From NCBI GenBank assembly GCA_013265495.1, contig MU058748.1, positions 248,001 through 312,000 on the forward strand: DNA of 64,000 nt. The letters are read 5' to 3'. Below are positions 1-12,642 of this stretch, in pieces. Source of the DNA: Vicugna vicugna (lineage: Eukaryota). Below the pieces are notes generated by a model, which worked only from the letters and a program-made list of their open reading frames with translations, had not been told where the DNA came from and ran no database searches. The position numbers and the translations under genes were made by a program. The number at the start of each line of letters is the position of its first letter. Within the stretch, counting starts at the first letter, position 1.

Positions 1-441
1 TAAAACCTAATGACACATATTTTTGTATGTGCTTTTATAGGAAAATTCAGGCATAATCACTCTACACCTTTCTATCAACACAGAGTTCTTGTTTGTCCAG
101 ATCTAAGAGGGGTATTTTCTAGAGCTTCATAGGGAAGAGCACAGATTCTGGTTCCCTCAGCCAGTCAGATGTATTTACAAAAGATGAGAAATAATTCAGG
201 CCAACCAGAGATGAGTGTCAAAACAAATATGTCTATGAGCATCATTGAGAGACTTTTATCAGCTACTTCAGAGCCCAAAGGTGAAATATGAAAAGCTGCA
301 AAGGAGCTCATCTTTTTCTCTGAAACAAACCTAAGTCAGTGTGCCATGAAGACACACTGATGCTGTAATCAGTGTTATCAGCAGTGCCAAGATGAAGCTC
401 CTTCAAGTAGGTTAACGGCCCTAAGATTGAGTTTAGGTAGC

Positions 442-890
442 CGTATTCGTTTTCTGCAAATTTCTGGAAACTGAGCTGCTTAAACAACAGTTATTTTAGA
501 GTTCAACAGATTAATTATTTTAGAATTCTGTAGGAAAGAATCCAACATGGGTCTCATTGGGCTAAAATGAAGACATCAGCCGGGCTGCGTGCCTCTCTGG
601 AGACTAGAGCCGGGAATCCATCTCCCATTCCTTATTTTGTCATTCCTTCCTTCACCTACAAACCCAGCATTGGTGGCTTTCACATTGCAATATTCCAACC
701 TCTTCTCTGAGCCCTCATTCTACTTTTTAGGGTTCCTGGGATTACATGGGACCCACCAGGACAATCTCCCTGTTTTAAGTTCAGCTGATTAGCAGCTCTT
801 AATTCTCTTTTTTCATCCAAACTAACACATTCACAGGTTCCAGGGACTAGGATGTGGGCATCTTTGGAAACCATTATTCTGCCTACCATG
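442..890 (-). mobile_element. MaLR solo LTR, MLT1D-like
   Basis: Minus strand starts TGGTAGGCAGAATAATGG...AAAGATGCCCACATCCTAGTCCC...GCTAATCAGCTGAACTTAAAACAGGGAGATTGTCCTGG, matching recalled MLT1D consensus. Confidence 0.85.
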
Positions 891-959
891 GCAGGGGAGC
901 TCAGAACAATAGAAAAAACAGGGCAGATACCTGTGTGCCAGGTTACCAGTCTGCTTTGT

Positions 960-1200
960 GACTAGAACAATAGGAATTGTCTTGTATAACAACGATGGAA
1001 AACTTGACTCAAATAGGCTCAAGAAAATAGAATTTCTCAGCTTTCATAGTCTAAGATTTCCAATAGTAGGATGAGTACAGCTACAGCTGAATATGGGGAT
1101 TCAAACCATGTACTTCAGGATCTCATTTCTCCTTCATCTCTAACCTGAACTTCTCCAGTGCTGCCTGCTTTCTCAGAAGGGCTTTCTTTCAAAAACCTAA
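960..1200 (-). mobile_element. Old MaLR LTR fragment (MLT1K/L-like)
   Basis: GGAAAACTTGACTCAAATAGGCTCAAG...CAGCTGAATATGGGGATTCAAACCATGT...CAGGATCTCATTTCTC resembles reverse MLT1K/L; highly diverged. Confidence 0.55.
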
Positions 1201-2189
1201 AACTGTCTCCCCCAGCCAACTAGCAAGAGGACTCCTAGGACGGGGCCATTGGGCAGGGGACAAGCTAGTTTGTGGTAAGTGGCTGAGGGAGCAGAGAAGC
1301 TTTCTTTTTTCCCTTTTTTTTTTTTTTTCTTCATTTCTTTTCGGCTTTTCACCTCAAGGGCAGTACCATCTCTTCTCCAAAGCGATTTGCAATACTAACA
1401 TTCTTGAAAAGAGGCCTAGAACAGTAGCCGTTACTGCTTTTGCTCACAGGATGCACAGAAGCTGGAGAGACGCACGGAAAACACTCCATCTTAAGGACTT
1501 CTCTTATCATTAATTATCTGGCTTGTAGTATCAGATAATTCTTAAATTCTTCAAACTGTATCCTAAAACCAATTTATTCACATATTTCTTACAATTTTTC
1601 CCTTTGTCTCTTTAGTGTTGTTTTTAATCTATTATTAACCACTGAATACTCTTTGGATAACTCTAATGCCAATCACTGTAATTCTTCTTGCCCCCATAGC
1701 ATGCCTGTCATTTCATGAGAAGTTTATATGTTTTGGGTAATAGCTGCATTTATTTTTCTTATGTGAGGGTAAGCTCTGTACCTAGTTGTTTTTCTCTGAA
1801 AGTTTGCAGTGGCCTGACTGTCTCTGTCTCACTTTTTTTTTTTTTTTAAATCCTTTTGATAGTAAGTTAATGGCTTTCATTGTTTCTTGTGCCTACATTT
1901 ACAGTGCTTTATCCTTTGATGATTATTGCTTTATTTTTCTTTGTTGTCTAATACTGGACATTTCTAGAATGACTAACTTCTGCAGGAAAGCCGATGTTCA
2001 CCAGCCAAAGGAGGCAGAATTCTAGGGCTGTGTTTTCTATTGTTGGGTTCCCTTTTTTTCTATACGAAATTCAAGGAAGTGCTGATGTCCGCTGAACTAG
2101 CTTTACACGTGTGAACTAGCTTTTCAGGAAGGCAAAGTCACCATGCACCCTGACTTTACACAGTGAAGAGCTACGCACCTTAAGATAAC

Positions 2190-2360
2190 TGTAGGATTGA
2201 AGGGTGTAGATTCTGGAGCCAGACTGCCTGGTTTTGAACATTATCTCTAATCCTTAGTTAGTGGTTCAGTCTTCAGCAAATTATTTCTGTCGCTATTTAC
2301 TCATATGTGAAATTGTGTTTTTAAAAGGCTTAAATGAATTGACATTTGTGAAGTAAAATA
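2190..2360 (+). mobile_element. MIR SINE
   Basis: GATTCTGGAGCCAGACTGCCTGGTTTTGAA...CTCATATGTGAAAT...GGCTTAAATGAATT. Confidence 0.7.
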
Positions 2361-5300
2361 TACTAGGTACTAGTTAAGTTTTTGTTTAACAAGAGTTTAT
2401 AAAATACAAAATATCTGTTATTTACCAGATTGATTTGATATGTTTCTCCATGATTTTTCATACATATATTCACCTTTTTATTCACTTTTTCATTTCTATC
2501 TTTTAAATAATTATTTTCTTACCTTTGGTCCTAAAGCTCTGGACTGTTAGTACATTAACAAGGGGATATCAGGAGAATAATATCTTGAAAAAAGCATTTA
2601 TGATTACCAAAGAGGTCAGACAGTCAAGGTACCAAGGGAAGTGATTCTTCACAGTTGAATTTATAGGGAAAAGGTAGATTCTTGATGTGAAGAGACGACA
2701 GAAATCTACCAGCAAATGAAGATTTGTTTCCCTGGTAAAAACATTAATAGACAGATTCTCTAAGTCTCATATATGAATACACATGCCTGACACTCTGATG
2801 TTCATGAAAATGTTGTTTTTAAAAAACGTGTCCAAGTGACTCTTTCCAGAATGTCAAAAGAACTGGTTTGGACACTGAAAAAATCACTTAAAACATTTTA
2901 TAGGTGCAATACAAGAAAAATAAGCAATTGAATATTTTTTTCTTTAAGTACGCATTTTCAAGCAGATTCAGGAAAGAGACAGGAGAGGAAAATAAGAAGA
3001 GACAAGGGTGGGGGACTTACAGTTTTTGTGCTTAGACTGAGCTGCTCTGAGTAGGGCATAATTCACCAGGGAGACAAGTAACAGCCTTCGTAGTTCAGTG
3101 CTTATGGTACCAGGCAAAGCCCAAAAGTGATGCAGTTTTATGAACAAGATGACTCACCTGTTATTGGAATATATATCCTGAAAGGCTTAAGAAAGCTAGA
3201 AAAATGCAGGTGAGAGAGCACAATTTTATTATGATACTCGATGTTGTATTTCATGTATTCTTTGTCCAGAAACAAAAATCAAGTAACAAGACAAAGGAAA
3301 CTAAACATAAGAAGCAGGTTTTGGAAAATAGTAAGGTATAAGACTAAGGTTTTCAGTATAAAATCAAAATCAGGCAATCTAAGAAGGATGAGGTTAGGAA
3401 AAAAAATGTCATTCATAGCACAGCTACGGGAAGTCTCATAACATGCAGTATACATTTAAGAAGAAAGGTATTTATTTTGGGAAACGAATGGTTACAAATT
3501 TTCTTTGGTTTCTTTTCTAAAATATTTGTATTTTTTGTTGTGTGGCTTTTAGGATATTCTAGTTTAGGTTTTAATGATCATTATCATTAATATTATTGGT
3601 TTCCCCTAAGTAAAATTTTCCACTTTAACATAAAGTAGAATGTATAGATATTCCTCATAAGCCAATATTTTTGTCACAATGTCAGTATCTGTTAACAAAA
3701 TCTTAAGATGGCTAAATAAGTATATATATTTAAGATTTTCACTGATGATTATATTTGGAAGACTTTTTGTTTCAATATAAAATGACTAGCTACATAAAGT
3801 GTATGTAAAAGTTATATGCGTGCAGGATTGAGTTGTTATAAATCAATTACTTTTTGATACTGATATTTCTGCCTTTGAGCCTTTATCAAAAATGGAGAAA
3901 AATAAATCCATGGAAAGTTAGGCATATCCCTTTAACACTTCTGCTAAGTGAAGTAATGTTTCATGTGGATAATTCCCAACACTGATCTCTTTTTTTTGAA
4001 TTCCTGGGGCTCTTTATCTGTGTATCATGACTAATCTCTTTCTCTCTTCTTTGATACTTGCTTACGTCTGTCATATCCGGGTATATTCCACAAACTACTT
4101 TTGAAGACAGGTTTTATGTTTACTCCATTTGGAAACCTCTGCCAATAGCTAGCTTAATAGCTAGGAGCATAGGTTACATAGCTCAAAGTATATGTTACAT
4201 GAAAATCATATTGGTTAGTTGTACTAACCAAGGGAATAGTTCGTGCAAGGTACACCAGGTTGTAGTGACCCAAGGAGAGCTCAGTGTAAAGGCTAAAGTA
4301 AACGTAAGGGGTGCCTAGTTCTATACAATTCTTTTTTATGGAAAGCTTAAAACCTATAGCAACAGTAAGCTGTTTGGAATAAAAAAGTTTATGCATACCA
4401 CAGTTATCCTTGTTTTAAAGGTATTTTTTCTAGATCACAGATGATGATAATAATTTATCTTAATAAGACAGAATTTGAAAGATAGTTCTCTATTCTTACA
4501 TAGAGGCAATACAATGTAGAAAATGCCATCTTTATGACATTTAGCAGCATAGAATGGTTATAGAATAGTGAATGTTTCCCTCCCTTTGTTATAACAAAAT
4601 TTGCCTTGGGAATGTAACAGTCTAAGCCTCGGGTACTATGCTCTCCTGGTGACAGTATTTTGCATCTTTTTTTTTTTTTGAAACGAAGGAAAAGTTTTTA
4701 CAAGGTTAATAGCCAATAAACGCTTTAAAGCTCTGACACAATTATTCATTTATTAACCAAATGCTTTTTACTTGTCGTATAAATATAAACCCTTAAATGC
4801 CTTGCTTACCAATGAGAAAATTTGGTCTTTTAAAATATGACTACGTACTTAGCTTTGTTTCTAAAGTGAGCAAATAACTTTAAGGCCGAGAACCAAATAT
4901 TTAACTTTGTTGCTTTGAAGGTGCTACTATTTATACTCTGTCAAAGAGAGCATTAATACTGCAGTACCACTGCTTACTAATCTGAAGGCACTATTTTTGA
5001 TTAATTACATATTTGAAATGTTTAACCCATTTTTAAACAAGATCTTTATTTTTCAGTGTTATTTCAAATTGTATTTGAAGAATTCATTAATGAAGGTGTT
5101 GCTTCCCCTAAGAAAAAAAGGAGTATCTTTTAAGTCCTGACCTAATTTGTAATCATGAGCCTGTAGGAAAGTTTAGCTGAAAAAAGCTAATAAAATCAAA
5201 ATATTAATTACTGAAAGGTCATGCAGGAATATTACATACCTTCTCCTCTGAGTAATCAAAGCTAAAATTGGGAGAGTCTCTGGCAAACAAAAGCAGAACA

Positions 5301-8300
5301 TGATTCAGATCGTATAAGTCAAAAGCCAGACAAAACATTCCTGCCCCTTGCAGGAAGGAGGCGTTGCTTTAAAAAACCAAGGGCAATGAGAATAAGCTTA
5401 AATAGAAGCTAAAAAGAATCATCTTCCGTAAATAGTGATTCTTTGTAATGAAATCTCAGAAGCCAAGGGCAAGAATTCTTTTGGGGTCTTATTTTCTCAT
5501 AGTATGATGGCTTAAAGTAATGCCAGTCCTGTGGGCTAACATGCCTATAACTTACCAAAATTAATTTAATGGATTCGCCTATAAAAAATAGAAAAGTAAA
5601 GATCAATTTTTCTACATGATTGTTTGCAGAGTTCTACACAGTGTCAAATTTAATCTTGAGCTAAACATCCAGATAAAGGTCAATAAAGGAAAATTTCAAG
5701 TATTGAGAAATAGCTGTCATCTAATAGATACTGCTATTAGTCAATTTTAATAATCATTTAAGGAATGTAAGTATGCGCAAAAAACATAATCTTTGTTTGA
5801 TAATGGACCTGAAATGTTATATTGCCTTTTTATTTTTATAGTCCTTTTCAGATAAGTGACTTCAAGCTTCTCTTTTAAAAATTATACTGTGTCCATGATA
5901 CTTTTGAAAGTCACCTAGTTTTCTAAGTCTCAGTGTATAGGACTGTAAAAAAAAAAAAAAAAAAATCTATGTTTCCAGTCCTATTTTACTGATGTTTGTT
6001 AAAGTTCTCTTCCACTAATTTTTCTGTAATTTCCAAGAGGAAATTCTAAAGTCAAATGTATTAGGCGGAAAGAAAAATCATCACCATGCTGATAGAGCAA
6101 GTTAGCATCACAAGGTATTGAAGGTGGTTAACAAAGAGCTTTTGTCTTTTTTTATTCTGTCTGTGGAGGGAAAACAAGCAGGTATTCTAAACTATCAGAT
6201 GCAGGCAGTTTGGGGAAGGAAATCAAATAGCTTTGATTTGGATTCTCAGAATGCAGAGGCAGAGAAGATACTCTCCCCTTTGCATTTAAAGATGCAACAG
6301 AACAAAGATGTTAGAAGTTCTGACAGCAGTTTCTCATGTTTAAGATATAATCATGCAGACAAAAAAAAAAAAACAAAAAACAGTTTAACATGGGGTTTCA
6401 AATTTCAGACAAACTTGATGAGATAAACCAGGCTTTCAGGGAACAATGATTGAAAGTAGGGACCAATGGTGAGTTACCTAACTATTGCTAACAAATCACA
6501 ACTCAGGATAAAAGCATCCTATTAATAGTTGTTGCTAATTTTGAGTAACTTTGATCATAGATATCTCACTGAAAAATCTATTTAAATATTACCTCCATTC
6601 CATCTAGTTTTTATTCCTTCTTAATGAGATTTGGCACCTTTCAAGTATGCTCACTGGAAATGCAGCCACATAGTCAATGCTCATTGGCAAAGGAAAATCA
6701 AAAGCGCTAGTTCTTAGTGCTTCTTGTGGCAAACTCAGAACTAGCACTGACACCAAAGTCAATACCAAAAGTAATCATTTGTCTGCTTCAGATGTCCTCT
6801 ACCCAACCATCACAACGTATGTGGTGATGATTTGAAAAAAGCCTAACAATATATAGATGAAAATTTGGAAGGTAGTTACCTACTATTTGAAGTTTGTATT
6901 TCCTATGAAATTTAACATGGTTCATCATAGTAAATGATTAAGTGGAACTACACTTTATAGAGTTCCCCTTCCACGATATTTTGATGATGTTGGTCAGATT
7001 AGTTGTCATTTTATTTTCGTTAATTAAAATTATACATACATAATGTATTGGCCATTGTGCTGCACTCAAATTACCATCTGCTCAGTGACAATAGTGTTCT
7101 CTGGCATCTCAAAAACAGTTTGATGTTTAAAATTAAAATATTAGTCACCCCATTCTTTTCTGTATTATAGTTGTGACTGAATAGAACCTTTTTATTTTTG
7201 TGTATACAAATAAGTACTATATTTAATTATAAATTTGAAATTCGAAACTGAAATTCCTTGTGTTGAGTTTGCCACTCTTGAGCATATGATGATTTATCAT
7301 CACTTTCAAACATTCCATGCTATTACCATAAAATCCTCTCTGATCTCTCACCAACATGGTTACTACATGTGTCTCGATTTTTGAATTCTTATTTTCTTGA
7401 GCAGTGGCCATTTGGTTTTTGCATAAGGTTACCTGTATTTTAATGAGTTGTGGTTGTAATGACACTCAGCTTTCTTTTCTTTAACTACAGTTACACAGTA
7501 CATGCTACCGTTTTTTTGTCCACATCTCTACTTCTATCCATGTTTTTATAGAAGGAATCATCATCTCCTCATTCTAGCACAGAACTCCCTAATACATTTT
7601 TCCCCTATTTAAAGATCCTGTTCCAGCGAAATAGTTAACCTCATTGTGGTCAAAGGAATCATGGCATTCTTACTTCATAAAGGGCATTACTCTTGTCTGG
7701 AATGATTTTTCTGTTTATCTACACAAGTCGTTAAAGGTCCAGCCCATCATCCCTCAGGCATGGCACTTTCTTCTCTACAAGAATAAAGTAATGTTTTCCT
7801 CTTCTGAATTCTCGAAACACTTGTTTGGGTCTTAACATACTTGTCTGGTAGAGTTGCTTCTATCTCTGTGTCTCTGGTTCTTGCTGAAACATTGATTAGC
7901 TCTTAGAGAACCTCTCATTTTGCAAATTGATAAAAACACTTCTGTAAAAGCCCTCTCTTAGGTGGTTTCAATTTGACTGACATTAGCCTTTATAAATGCT
8001 GTTAATAAACATTGCATATCAAAACTAATACCATGTAGATAAACTGTTCTTTAAAACATTTCCCTTATACATACATAAAGCTCTTGAATGGAGAATTGCA
8101 TGTTTTTTGTGTTTATTAACTGCCAGGAATGAATGTAAATGAAGTGAATGTAAATGAGGAATTTTCCTGTAATGGTGGAAAGCTATCTGAGGTTTTTAAT
8201 ACTTTGAAGACAGTAGTAATACTACAAAAACAGTAGTGTAACATTATGGCATTTTTAAAAGATTTTGATGATCACTGAGGGAACATGAACTGTTTACAGA

Positions 8301-8734
8301 TTCTTTTCTGTTTCCCAAGTAAGTGATGTTCACACCTCAGAGCATTTGCTGTTGATGGTTACTGTGGAGCAGTTCATTCTCTCTCTCTAGAGAAATTTTG
8401 AAAATGTGAGGAGAAGATTTATGTCTGTTTATCTTTGTATCTTACTCATTAACATAACTGAAGGCAGTTTTGAACTGAAGTAGTCAGGTGCTAGGGGTGC
8501 ATACCAAGAAGAAAGACCCTACCCAGCATTCTAGTCATGGTCCATTAAGAATCTGATCCCTGGACCATTCTTAGACATTTCTTTACTTGGCTAATTTCTT
8601 CTAGGTCTCAAGGTAGGTGCAGTTTTTATTGCTAAGCCTCCATAAAACACAAAATCCTGGGTGAAAAGATTTCCATAAATGCCATAAAATTTTGAATAGC
8701 ATTTATCATATTTCGATGTGCCAGATTGTTCATT

Positions 8735-8930
8735 TTTCCATACACCAGTAAGATCTGTTAAGGCAAGATGATGTGTTATTCACTAGTGTATCCTGGTGTG
8801 TAGCATGGAGCCTCTCATATTTCCTTGGTAGGACATTGCAGAAGGAATGGATCAGTTAATAAGCAAATGGAATCTTACATATCTTTCTGATTTGAGTAGT
8901 GAATAAGTATTTGTTGGAAATGTGAATAGA
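8735..8930 (+). mobile_element. L2 3' end fragment
   Basis: GTAAGATCTGTTAAGGCAAG...TTCACTAGTGTATCC...AATAAGTATTTGTTGGAAATGTGAAT. Confidence 0.5.
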
Positions 8931-9114
8931 TCATTCTGATGTCACCCAAATACTGTGACTAGGAAAATGAGTCAAGAAACATCAAAAAGGAGACCACAAA
9001 AATTACAACATTTTATATCAAATGAAGAATAGGTAACTAATGCCATTTCCTGTATCTATACTACATATTTTAACAATATGTAGTTTTGATATTTTAACAA
9101 TACATTTTGCCTGG

Positions 9115-9220
9115 TATTTTTTAAGACCCAACTCATAGAATTTTTCTCTGTATTTCTGTCAGTGTCTGACATCATGCTCTGCATATAAAATGTACTCAAA
9201 AACTGCTTGCTTGCTAAATT
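9115..9220 (+). mobile_element. L2 3' end fragment
   Basis: TCTCTGTATTTCTGTCAGTGTCTGACATCATGCTCTGCATATAAAATGTACTCAAAAACTGCTTG. Confidence 0.45.
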
Positions 9221-11627
9221 TAATTTAAATTAAATGTTCAGAAGTTCAATTTTATAGGCACAATGCCTGAGAGAACTTTAAACCCGTAAACATAGGAAGG
9301 TCAATATAAATCCTGACTTTAGTTTGACTTTAGTCTTGAAGTTTGTCCAGTGCCAATAGGAGACACTAATGAAAATCCTACTTGAGCAATAATAATCATT
9401 TGATAAATACTTACAGATACCATACCTACAGTGATCTACTATTGATCATCTAATTATCTCTCTCTAGATATATTTGTATATGTAATATACATATATACAC
9501 ATATATTGCAAGCAGAAAGGTAATAAGACTATTTATTGCATGTTTGCTCTAGTAAAATTTTACTTTTCTAATTAAAAAGTAATTTGATTCATTTACAATT
9601 GCAAGCAATTCTTTTTTATTGAAGTATAGTTGATGTACAATATTCCATTAGCTTCAGGTGCATAACACAGTGATTCAACAATTAAGTATGTTATGAAATG
9701 GTCACTACAGTAAGCCTAGAACCGTCTGTCACCATACAAAGTTATTACAGTAACATCGACCTTAGGCTGTATAATGTGTACCCTTAACTTATTTTGCAAC
9801 TGGAATTTCATATCTCTTAATCTCCTTCACCTGTTTCAGTCAGCTCCTCACCCCCTTATTTCTGCCTCTCTGATAAACACCAGTTTATTTTCTGTATTTG
9901 AGTCTGTTTTGGTTTTGTTTTGTTTATTCACTAATTTTTTTTAGATTCCACATATAAATTAAATCATACAGTATTTGTTTTTCTCTGTTTGACTTATTTC
10001 ACTTAGCAGAATACTGTCTAGTTTGTCACAAATGGCAAGATTCCATTCTGTTTAATGACTAATAGTCTGTTGTGTTTATGTGTGTGTGTGTCAATTTTAT
10101 TTGTTTCCTGAGGTAGGCCTGTATTGTCATATATATATATATATGTATCACACACCCCCCCCAACTCTTTACTCATTTATCTCTTGATAGATGCTTTTAG
10201 GTTACTTCAGTATCTTAGCTATTACAAATAATGCTGCATTGAATAAGAGGGTGTACATATGTCTTTACAAATTAGTGTTTGTGATTCCTTCAGCTAAATA
10301 CCCAGACGTAGAATTGCTAGATTGTATGGGAATTCTATTCTTAGTTTTTTGAGGAACTTCCATACTGTTTTTTGTAGTGGCTGTACCAATGTTCATTTCC
10401 ACCAACAGTGCACATGGGTTCCCTTTGCTTCAAATCCTCACCAACACTTGTTACCGGTTGTCTTTTCAATGATAGCCATTCTAACAAGTGTGAGGTGAGG
10501 TCTCATTGTTTTGATTTTCATTTCTCTGATAATTACATTGATCATCTTTTCATGTACCTGTTGGCCATCAGTATATTTTCTTTGGAAAAATGTCTATTCA
10601 GGGCCTCTACCTATTTTTTAATCAGAATAGGTTTTTGAGCTGTTTGTATGTTTTGGATATTAACTCATTTTTGGACACATCTGCAAAATCTTCCCATGCA
10701 GTAGAATAATTTATTTCCTTGATGCTCTCCTTTGCTGTGCAAAAGCTTTTTAGTTTGATGTAGTCTTACTGGTTTAATTTGGTTTTTGTTGGCTTTACCT
10801 GAGAAGACAGCTCCAAAAAATACTACTAAGACCAATGTCAAAGAGTTTACTGCTTATGTTTCCTTCTAGGAGTTTTATGGTTTCAGTTTTTACATTTAAG
10901 TCTTTGATACATTTTTAATTTTTTTCATATATGGTGTAAGAAAGTGGTTCAGTTTCATATTTTGGATGCAGATTTGTTACATAATTGTCCATGGTAGTCT
11001 CTTTGATCCTTTTCGTTTCAGTGATGTCAATCGTAACTTCTCTTTTATTTCTGATTGTACTTATTTGGACCCTCTATTTTTTTCTTGAGTCTGGCTAAAG
11101 ATTATTAATGTTGACTTCCTTTTCAAAAGGCTAGTTCTTAGTTTAATCTTCCCTATTGTTTTTTAGTCTCTCTTGAGTTCTGTTCTGATCTTTATAGTCT
11201 CTTCCATCTTTGGGTTTTGTTTGTTCTTGTTCTAGTTACTTTAGATGTAAGATCAGATAGAGATCTTTGTTTCCTGAGGTAGGCCTGTATTTTCATAAGC
11301 TTCCCTCTTAGAACTGCCTTTTCTATGACCCACAGACTTTGGAACATTGTGCTCCATTTTTCATTTTTCTCAAGATAATTTTTAATTTCTTCATGACCCA
11401 TTGCTTGTTTAGTAACATGTTAATCAGACTCTATTGGTTTGTGTTTTTGCCAGTGTGTTTCTTACAGTTGCTTTCCAGTCATATGCCATTGTGGTCAGAA
11501 AAGATTATTGATGACATTTCAATGTTCTTAATTTTATTGAGACTTGTTTTTTCGGCTAACCTGTGATCCATCCTGGAGAGTGTTCCATATGCACTTAAAA
11601 AGAATGTCTAGTCTGCTCATTATGGAA

Positions 11628-11678
11628 CTATATATATATGTGTGTATATATATGTGTGTGTGTATATATATATATAAA
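11628..11678. repeat. (TA)n/(TG)n compound microsatellite inside L1
   Basis: TATATATATATGTGTGTATATATATGTGTGTGTGTATATATATATATA. Confidence 0.9.
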
Positions 11679-12600
11679 TAAAATTTCATTTAAGGCCAAC
11701 GTTTCATTCCAGATTTTCTTTCTGGATGATCTTCCCATTGATGTAAATGAGCTTTTAAAGTCTCCTACTATTAATGTCAATTTCTCCCTTTTTATCTGTT
11801 AATATTTGCTATATAAATGTGCTCGCTCTTATGTTGGATGCATATATATTTATTAGTGTTATTTTTTCATTGGGTTGATTGTTTTATCATTATGTAATTC
11901 CTTCTTCTTCTCTTATTAAAATCTTTGTTTTAAAGTAAAATTTACTCTGATATAAGTATTCTTGCCTCAGCTTTCTTTTTGTATCCATTTGCATGGAATT
12001 ATCTTTTTCCACCCTATCACACTCAGTCTGTGTGTGTCTTTAGATCTAAGATAATTCTCTTTTGGACATCATATATATATGGCTTATTTTTTAATCCATT
12101 CAGCCATCCTCTATTTTTTTATTGGAGCACTAGTCTGTTATACTTAACATCATTATTGATAGGTATGTACTTACTACCATTTTAATTGTTTTCTGGTGGT
12201 TGTTTGTAGTTCTTCTCTTTTCCTTTCTTCTCTTGCTCTCTTCCCTTCTGACTTGGTGGCTCTTTAGTGTTACATTTGTGTTCCTTTCTCTTTATTTCTT
12301 TGTGTTTCTGTTAGCAATTTTGCTTTGAATTTACTGTGAGATTCTTAAATAACAGCTTATGTATATAGCAGTCTATTTGAAGTTGATGGTCAGTTATATT
12401 TTAGCATGTTCTAAAAGCACTACATTTTCTGCTCCTTGCTGCCCCATCCCCGTGTTTTGTTTTTTATGCCATATTTTGTATCTTTCTATTTTGTGTATTC
12501 ATTAATTATTATAGATATAGATGATTTTACTTGTTTGTCTTTTAACCTTTATACTAGCTGTATAGGTAGTGGGTCTACACTAACTTGACTATGCTTGTCT

Positions 12601-12642
12601 TTACCAGTGATACTTTTTTCTTACCAGTGATACTTTTTTCTT
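12601..12642. repeat. Perfect 20-bp tandem duplication
   Basis: TTACCAGTGATACTTTTTTC x2. Confidence 0.95.

Noticed and set aside
1216..1280. Exon-like CCCCAG...GTG/GTAAGT (59 nt)
   Set aside because: Adjacent to a MaLR fragment, no recognisable peptide; such site pairs are expected by chance in 64 kb
3095..3215. Open frame AYGTRQSPKVMQFYEQDDSPVIGIYILKGLRKLEKC ending at CAG/GTGAGA
   Set aside because: Weak acceptor and no protein similarity I recognise; unsupported without RNA or conservation data
4211..4231. 9-bp hairpin TTGGTTAGT-TGT-ACTAACCAA
   Set aside because: Too short for a pre-miRNA or MITE; within chance expectation
8585..8620. Possible 8-nt micro-exon TTCTAG/GTCTCAAG/GTAGGT
   Set aside because: Not frame-preserving and no independent support
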